Source: a virus
Lineage: Duplodnaviria; Caudoviricetes
Virus record (IMG/VR): IMGVR_UViG_3300033061_001635
Coordinates: 111,134-175,133 of that record
DNA: 64,000 nt
Strand: one strand, 5' to 3'
The position numbers and the translations under genes were made by a program. The notes beneath the pieces were generated by a model. The model worked only from the letters and a program-made list of their open reading frames with translations. It was not told the DNA's origin and made no database searches. Shown piece after piece: positions 59,355 to 64,000 of this stretch (position 1 is the stretch's first letter; each line of letters opens with the position of its first letter).

Positions 59355-59553
59355 CAGACAAGTGGGTGGGCCGTTGGCAGAATGATATCAAAGAAGCCAC
59401 GGTTAAATGGCGGCCGAGTATGGCTCAACCCAACGCTTGTCTTTCCTAATCCTACGGATTTGGTGGTCTTGGCGATAGTCAGCGAGAATATGTGTACCTT
59501 ATAAGCGGTGAAAGTCTAAAACGCTACTGGACGTTAGACCAGTATAGGTACAT
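59355..59553 (+). ncRNA. Candidate structured ncRNA(s)
   Basis: Follows a promoter with no RBS or credible ORF; long stems AGACAAGTG/CGCTTGTCT and TGTACCT/AGGTACA. Confidence 0.45.
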
Positions 59554-59599
59554 TTTTTAAGGTATTGACAACAGGATGCCGATAAGGTATACTATGAGC

Positions 59600-60082
59600 A
59601 TGAAACAGAAACCAGTGTACGGTGAGGTACGATTCCATCTTGGTGGTGGGGATCATTTTATGCACTGGCAAGTTCGGGTTAAGCAGGGAAGCAAAACTGT
59701 TGATGTGTATTATTATAACCCTAATGAATATCAGTTAGAAATGAGGGGTTGTAGACTTCGCAATCGACCAAATAAAGCCAAACAAGTATTTGAGGCTGGT
59801 GTGCATGATGTGAGCGGATGGGTAAAGTGTGAGGAAGTTATGCTTCGCAAGGATTTTTATCCTACGTTGCCTATTGACAATCTTGAGCGTGTGTTTTATA
59901 ATCCACTTCGTGATCCATACTGGCGTCGTGAGAGCGATAGCAATGAGTTCATATGGGATGAAAGCGAATACGCTACACTCATTACTAGTGGTAAACAAGT
60001 TTATATTTTAGAAGAACGACACTGCTCGTTCGACGATCTTAGAGAAATAGATTCCAAGTATTTAGGAGATTTTAAGGTATGA
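59600..60082 (+). CDS. Hypothetical early protein
   Basis: 160 aa; VRFHL..G..FM.WQV...L.N....A..V.....V.GWV.C...YNP...PYW. Confidence 0.7.
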   Translation: MKQKPVYGEVRFHLGGGDHFMHWQVRVKQGSKTVDVYYYNPNEYQLEMRGCRLRNRPNKAKQVFEAGVHDVSGWVKCEEVMLRKDFYPTLPIDNLERVFYNPLRDPYWRRESDSNEFIWDESEYATLITSGKQVYILEERHCSFDDLREIDSKYLGDFKV

Positions 60083-60462
60083 TTAATCTGCAACTGACTG
60101 TTCGTGAGGCTATGTATCTTGCTAGCAACTGGGCATACAACAATGATGCTGAACTGTATCATAAGATCGTGAACTCTGTGGAGATTGCGTTGGGCGTGAA
60201 CCAGAATCGCACCGTTACCATCACTGGTGGCATGACTCTGGATAATCGTATCTACTGTATCAGGGCTATCCGAACTCACACCGGATGGGGCTTGAAGGAA
60301 GCCAAGGATTGGAGCGATTATCTGGTTGGTGGCTGGAAGTACGATAAGTTTGTTCCTGCTGCTGCTGGTGCTAAGAATAGCGTTACTCTCAAGACTCCCG
60401 AAACGGCTGAGAATCTGCTGCGTGATCTTGTCGAGCATGGTTGTGAGGGTTTTCTCTCCTGA
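60079..60462 (+). CDS. Ribosomal protein bL12 (L7/L12) C-terminal-domain-like protein
   Basis: RIYCIRAIRTHTGWGLKEAKDWSD matches KI.VIK.VR..TGLGLKEAK..VE; C-terminal AE.L...L.E.G. Confidence 0.75.
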   Translation: MINLQLTVREAMYLASNWAYNNDAELYHKIVNSVEIALGVNQNRTVTITGGMTLDNRIYCIRAIRTHTGWGLKEAKDWSDYLVGGWKYDKFVPAAAGAKNSVTLKTPETAENLLRDLVEHGCEGFLS

Positions 60463-60465
60463 GCC

Positions 60466-60543
60466 TAAAGCCTTGCTGCATAAGACTTTGCGGCGAGGAC
60501 GGCCGCGGCGGTTCGACGTAAACTCTTATCGCATAACGACTTA
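60466..60543. repeat. 78-bp double-dyad element, copy 14
   Basis: 25+28+25; 3 nt after the stop at 60462. Confidence 0.9.
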
Positions 60544-60732
60544 GGAACAATCGTGAAAAAAACTAATGACAAGGGGTTGACAGTGCCGATAACTAGGGTA
60601 TACTGATAGCATCACACGACAAGACGCTGGTTGATCGCAACCAAAAAAGTTCGACCTAGCCCTTGACAAGTGATGATACGGTTGGTATGATTACTTTACT
60701 TGGTTCGATTACACTTTTTGGAGATGATTACT

Positions 60733-60987
60733 ATGCAAAAGTTTGCTTTCAATGTTGATATTGTTGCTACGGAACTGGATCGTGACGCGATTGTGGAGAG
60801 TCTGACCGCTGCCCTGAATGATAGCCTGCCCGGTGATGTTCACGCGAACGTCAAGGCTGGCGAAGTCAAGAGTTTTTCTGAGCAGGGTTATAAGGTGTGG
60901 CGTGCCCGTGTTACTGGTGTGACTGCGGACGCTGCGGGTGACTCCGCGAATCCTAAGAAGTCTAAGAAGGAAACGGTCGAGGCTTGA
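60733..60987 (+). CDS. Hypothetical early protein
   Basis: 84 aa with GGAG RBS. Confidence 0.65.
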   Translation: MQKFAFNVDIVATELDRDAIVESLTAALNDSLPGDVHANVKAGEVKSFSEQGYKVWRARVTGVTADAAGDSANPKKSKKETVEA

Positions 60988-61001
60988 TCTTGACTAACTG
61001 G

Positions 61002-61212
61002 ACTATGCCAGTATAAATAGATTTTAGGCATAGTGCGGCGGGGTAACTCCCGCGTAATGATGTCGGGGATTGACCCGACCTAGTAGAGTCTAACCAACTA
61101 ATAACCAGCGTGGTTGCTGGGAAGGGGTCTGCTGCTAGTACATAAACGATGGTAAAGTGGCTCCACCATCAACCGCAATAGCCCCCACGGGACGCCGTGC
61201 GGGGCTTGCGGC
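61002..61212 (+). ncRNA. Candidate multi-hairpin ncRNA
   Basis: Non-coding stretch with six successive stems (see findings). Confidence 0.45.
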
Positions 61213-61241
61213 GTTGAATGAGTATGCTATAATACAAACAC

Positions 61242-61313
61242 GGCCCCATAGTTAAATGGAGATAACAGGACTCTTCTAAAGTCTAGTTAGAGGTTCGATT
61301 CCTCTTGGGGCTA
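61242..61313 (+). tRNA. tRNA-Arg(TCT)
   Basis: GGCCCCA/TGGGGCT; GGACT-CTTCTAA-AGTCT; AGAGG-TTCGATT-CCTCT. Confidence 0.9.
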
Positions 61314-61316
61314 TTT

Positions 61317-61390
61317 GGGAATGTAGATCAATCGGTTAGATCGCTAGCCTGTCACGCTAGAGGTTGCGGGTTCGAGTCCCGTCATTCTCG
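61317..61390 (+). tRNA. tRNA-Asp(GTC)
   Basis: GGGAATG/CATTCTC; CTAGC-CTGTCAC-GCTAG; GCGGG-TTCGAGT-CCCGT. Confidence 0.93.
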
Positions 61391-61391
61391 C

Positions 61392-61469
61392 TAAGTCCTT
61401 ATCGGATAAGACTTTGCATCAAACTGGGGCGGCCGGATTTGACGTAAACTCTTGTGCTGTAACGGTTTA
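61392..61469. repeat. 78-bp double-dyad element, copy 15 (core inverted)
   Basis: 25+28+25; 1 nt after the tRNA-Asp discriminator. Confidence 0.9.
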
Positions 61470-61536
61470 AGATTTTCTACAGAATCTGCTTGACAATGCC
61501 GATACTGTAGTATAGAATCGTTAGCATAGGAGAAAC

Positions 61537-62244
61537 ATGATGAAAGTTGCAAACGGTAACGATAAGTTGGGCAAGGGTTGTTTGGTCGTGAGTCGGCCCG
61601 TTGGTGATACTTGTCCCCCTACTTGTGTTTATTTGGGCGACGGTTGCTATGCTGAGCAAACCGAGAAAATGTATCCTAATGTTCGTCCCGCTGGTATGAT
61701 GAATCTTATCACCGAGAAGAATCGTATTAGAGCCATGATTCTGGAAGCCATCCGTAAAGAAAAGAGTATTCGCTGGCACGAACGTGGCGACTGGTTTATC
61801 AACGGCGAACTTGACCTTGATTATCTGTCTAATGTAACGTGGGCTTGTGAGAGTATTCTGGCCGATGGTACTAGCCTGCCCGATATGTGGTTTTATACTC
61901 ATATTTATGATGATAGGCTTGTGAGTCTGGAAAAGTATATGAATGTATACGCCAGTGTTCATAATAATGAGGATATGGGTGCGGCATTGGCACAAGGTTT
62001 CAAACTGTTCGCATGGTGCGATAGTGACGAAAAGATTGCCAAGAAACGTCCTAAGCGTAAGGCGGCAGCGGAAGTGTGGCGTAAGAGTCTGCCTAAACTG
62101 GTTGTGCTGAATGATACAAAGTTTATCACTTGTCCCGAAATCCGTCGTGGTCGTGGTGTTGTGACTTGCACACCTACTGAGGGTAGTGTAGACTGTAATC
62201 TGTGCGTCAAGGGTTTAGCAAACGTATTGTTTCCATCACACTGA
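61537..62244 (+). CDS. Cys-rich gp88-like/radical-SAM-like protein
   Basis: TCP..C......CYA, IRWH..GD, W.YT, ASV and TCP...C.....C.LC motifs. Confidence 0.6.
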   Translation: MMKVANGNDKLGKGCLVVSRPVGDTCPPTCVYLGDGCYAEQTEKMYPNVRPAGMMNLITEKNRIRAMILEAIRKEKSIRWHERGDWFINGELDLDYLSNVTWACESILADGTSLPDMWFYTHIYDDRLVSLEKYMNVYASVHNNEDMGAALAQGFKLFAWCDSDEKIAKKRPKRKAAAEVWRKSLPKLVVLNDTKFITCPEIRRGRGVVTCTPTEGSVDCNLCVKGLANVLFPSH

Positions 62245-62251
62245 GGATATT

Positions 62252-62491
62252 ATGGAAAGTTTTACTCACGAATGTATCCGATTGAAAGATTATTGTGACC
62301 ATAACCATCTAGACTATGTTGATGTTATGGATATGGTTTGTAATAGTGATGTTAGTTTTGGTAACAACTATGATACTCTGGTGGCTCTGCCAGACTTGTG
62401 GGATATTCTGGATGATAATGGTGTTGACGTAGAAAAACTGGACGATGGCGGCTATAATGTTCACAATGTTCGTATTAGTCTAGGGAGTTAA
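62252..62491 (+). CDS. Hypothetical acidic protein
   Basis: 79 aa with GAGG RBS. Confidence 0.6.
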   Translation: MESFTHECIRLKDYCDHNHLDYVDVMDMVCNSDVSFGNNYDTLVALPDLWDILDDNGVDVEKLDDGGYNVHNVRISLGS

Positions 62492-62493
62492 TC

Positions 62494-62736
62494 ATGGCTA
62501 AGTATTATGTAAAGAGCGGAACACTAGAAGTTATACTGTCTCAACCTAATGCTCTAGAAGCGGCTATTTGTGGTTTGTTGCTAACAAATAAGTTTGATAC
62601 TATCGACGAGCACTTTTATGTGGATGAACAGGGATATAGAGATTATATTAGTGCTACTCCTAAAACTAATGTAATCGCCACAAAAAGTATTGTAAGGGCC
62701 GCAGGGTGGGAACTTTCTAGGGCGGATGACGAATAG
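62494..62736 (+). CDS. Hypothetical protein
   Basis: 80 aa; MAKYYV.SG.L...V.E.G. Confidence 0.65.
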   Translation: MAKYYVKSGTLEVILSQPNALEAAICGLLLTNKFDTIDEHFYVDEQGYRDYISATPKTNVIATKSIVRAAGWELSRADDE

Positions 62737-62739
62737 CCG

Positions 62740-62817
62740 TAAGTCCTTGGTGCATAAGACTTTGCATCAAGGCGGGCCGCGGCGATTTGTTGTAAAGTGT
62801 TTAGGGATAAGGGTTTA
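62740..62817. repeat. 78-bp double-dyad element, copy 16
   Basis: 25+28+25; 3 nt after the stop at 62736. Confidence 0.9.
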
Positions 62818-62897
62818 GGATTTTCTAAAGTTGATCGGGCCTTTTGGCCGATAAATACTCTATGAATGAGAAGAGGGTCTTGACAAGGAACGGAACA

Positions 62898-63137
62898 ATG
62901 ATACAATGGGTTGGTGTGCTTATTGCTCTGTTAGGGTTGGCCTATAATGGTGTAAAAGATTATCAAACTGGGAATATAAAAATCCCAGAGTTGACTCAAC
63001 AAAAAGAGTTGACAAAGGTAGTTTATCCGGTACAATACTGTTTAATGGCGTATGATCCTAACGTAAACAAAGTTTTTTATCAACACGAAAATGGAAAGTG
63101 GTATGAATATGCTCCCCAGCAACGAAAATACAAATAA
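62898..63137 (+). CDS. Membrane-anchored hypothetical protein
   Basis: N-terminal hydrophobic helix, 79 aa. Confidence 0.5.
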   Translation: MIQWVGVLIALLGLAYNGVKDYQTGNIKIPELTQQKELTKVVYPVQYCLMAYDPNVNKVFYQHENGKWYEYAPQQRKYK

Positions 63138-63435
63138 GTCTCTTGCATCCGATGGTTCTCAGCCGGTGGCATGGGCTGTCTGGTCGCCTACTTGGGATTA
63201 TTCGATCAGTTACGCATCGATATACAAGCGATACGAAGAAGCGGTCGAAATGTGCGGGAAGATTGGATGCAGCGTGGATGACATCGTACCTCTCTACCGG
63301 CAGCCACAGCCTACGCTCACCGACGCGGAGCGAGAGGCGGCGGCCTACTTTGGCCAGATTGAAGGCGGTCAGTATTTGGACACTGCGAACCGACACGCCG
63401 CCACGCTTCGCAAGTTGCTGGAGAGGATGAAGTGA
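63091..63435 (+). CDS. Hypothetical protein
   Basis: QPVAWAV...VPLYR.P.LTDAEREA...AATLR.LLER pattern; GC-rich; start uncertain. Confidence 0.55.
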   Translation: MESGMNMLPSNENTNKSLASDGSQPVAWAVWSPTWDYSISYASIYKRYEEAVEMCGKIGCSVDDIVPLYRQPQPTLTDAEREAAAYFGQIEGGQYLDTANRHAATLRKLLERMK

Positions 63436-63475
63436 GAACCCTTGACAAATCACTTTTTAACGATAAGATAAAGCC

Positions 63476-63661
63476 ATGATCCACCTTAACGAAGAAGATT
63501 ATCGTCCCCGCCGCAACGTGGTCAAGGTCAAGAAAGTTATGCCTTGGGAGATGCGTCAGGGGCATCAGGAACACAAGTTTACCGTGTTCGATAATCGTCC
63601 CAAGCGTCAGCGTACTCGTTCGGCCCAAAAGCGTAGGGCTTGCGAGGATAATGATTATTGA
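63476..63661 (+). CDS. Small basic protein
   Basis: 61 aa, R/K-rich, with its own promoter. Confidence 0.6.
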   Translation: MIHLNEEDYRPRRNVVKVKKVMPWEMRQGHQEHKFTVFDNRPKRQRTRSAQKRRACEDNDY

Positions 63662-63676
63662 GTATAATAGGCTGTC

Positions 63677-63747
63677 GCCCGCATAGTATAGTGGTATTAC
63701 AGTTGATTTGTAATCATCTGATGGGAGTTCGATTCTCTCTGTGGGCT
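63677..63747 (+). tRNA. tRNA-Thr(TGT)
   Basis: GCCCGCA/TGTGGGC; GTTGA-TTTGTAA-TCATC; GGGAG-TTCGATT-CTCTC. Confidence 0.88.
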
Positions 63748-63750
63748 TAT

Positions 63751-63821
63751 TCCGGGGTAGTGTAACGGTAGCACTAGAGATTTTGGTTCTCTTTGTCTGG
63801 GTTCGAATCCTAGCCCCGGAA
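63751..63821 (+). tRNA. tRNA-Gln(TTG)
   Basis: TCCGGGG/CCCCGGA; AGAGA-TTTTGGT-TCTCT. Confidence 0.92.
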
Positions 63822-63827
63822 CTATGA

Positions 63828-63899
63828 ACACGGGTAGCATAATGGTAATGCCCCAAACTGTTAATTTGTCAGATGTAGGTTCGAATCCTACCCCGTGTG
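63828..63899 (+). tRNA. tRNA-Asn(GTT)
   Basis: ACACGGG/CCCGTGT; CAAA-CTGTTAA-TTTG. Confidence 0.88.
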
Positions 63900-63903
63900 T
63901 TTA

Positions 63904-63990
63904 GGAAGAATGGCAGAGTGGTCTAATGCATCTGATTACTAATCAGAAGAAGCGTAAAAACTTCCGTGGGTTCGAATCCTACTTCTTCCG
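63904..63990 (+). tRNA. tRNA-Ser with atypical ACT anticodon
   Basis: GGAAGAA/TTCTTCC plus G discriminator, long variable arm, TCTGA-TTACTAA-TCAGA. Confidence 0.85.
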
Positions 63991-64000
63991 TTTGACAAAC

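Larger units (their letters stand above)
49488..63469 (+). promoter_or_regulatory. About 20 early promoters with interleaved sigma70-like and sigma28-like elements
   Basis: For example TTGACA..TATAAT/TAGAAT/TATACT at 50291, 52958, 53368, 54943, 56870, 57435, 58641, 59322, 60577 and 61490, each overlapped by T(A/C)A(A/T)G-like-N15/16-G(C/T)CGATA. Confidence 0.8.

Noticed and set aside
49325-62817. CRISPR array interpretation of the 78-bp repeats
   Set aside because: Intervening segments are several hundred bp to over 1 kb and contain promoters, genes and tRNAs; the repeats are degenerate; no cas genes are present
49325-62817. Classical integron attC sites or XerCD dif/pdif sites
   Set aside because: No RYYYAAC...GTTRRRY ends and no 11-6-11 dif consensus (TTATGTTAAAT); no integrase in the window; kept only as an analogy
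49325-62817. Simple intrinsic terminators as the explanation of the repeats
   Set aside because: No consistent U-tract after the stem, orientation varies, and rigid 25-28-25 spacing with variable N positions fits protein-DNA recognition better
49572-63856. Minus-strand ORFs, and ORFs running through the repeats or promoters in the early region (e.g. 50022-50258, 52819-53013, 59322-59504, 60326-60544, and 5' extensions of 51318 and 54829)
   Set aside because: All promoters and RBSs point to the plus strand; these frames merely translate the repeat (KTLRRGGP) or overlap tRNAs
1-64000. Stop-codon reassignment or a suppressor tRNA
   Set aside because: Genes are intact in code 11; the loop TTACTAA centres on ACT, not CTA or TTA

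Overview
This window is part of a large tailed dsDNA phage genome (siphovirus-type; no sheath gene seen). The host is probably a Planctomycete, which is inference only. Positions 1-48.2 kb form an AT-rich late module on the minus strand. Read in transcription order it holds a sigma-like factor, TerS candidate, gmd, HNH, ERCC4 nuclease, TerL, portal, protease/scaffold, decoration protein, HK97-type capsid, about 18 kb of fibre/adhesin genes, neck and terminator genes, three paralogous tail-tube genes, chaperones, and a giant tape-measure gene. The tape-measure gene (5988 to <1, >1996 aa) is missing from the ORF track because it runs off the window. Hand translation shows a TP901-type core followed by enzyme-like cargo domains: SNase nuclease, HExxH metallopeptidase, P-loop kinase, HIGH-family nucleotidyltransferase and a PD-(D/E)xK-like domain. 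Recurrent [FY]-x-x-G-G motifs mark most of the block boundaries. Positions 49.3-64 kb form a more GC-rich early region on the plus strand, with small genes and 7 tRNAs organised as a cassette-like array. Sixteen copies of an exactly spaced 78-bp element (25-bp dyad, 28-bp GC-rich core, 25-bp dyad; half-sites match the IHF-type AAnnnnTTR) mostly abut upstream stop codons. They precede promoters in which sigma70-type (TTGACA/TATAAT) and sigma28-type (TAAAG-N15/16-GCCGATA) signals are interleaved. There is also an atypical tRNA-Ser(ACT), a tRNA-like RNA with an expanded anticodon loop, and several candidate structured ncRNAs. All domain calls come from motif recognition by eye; no database searches were run.
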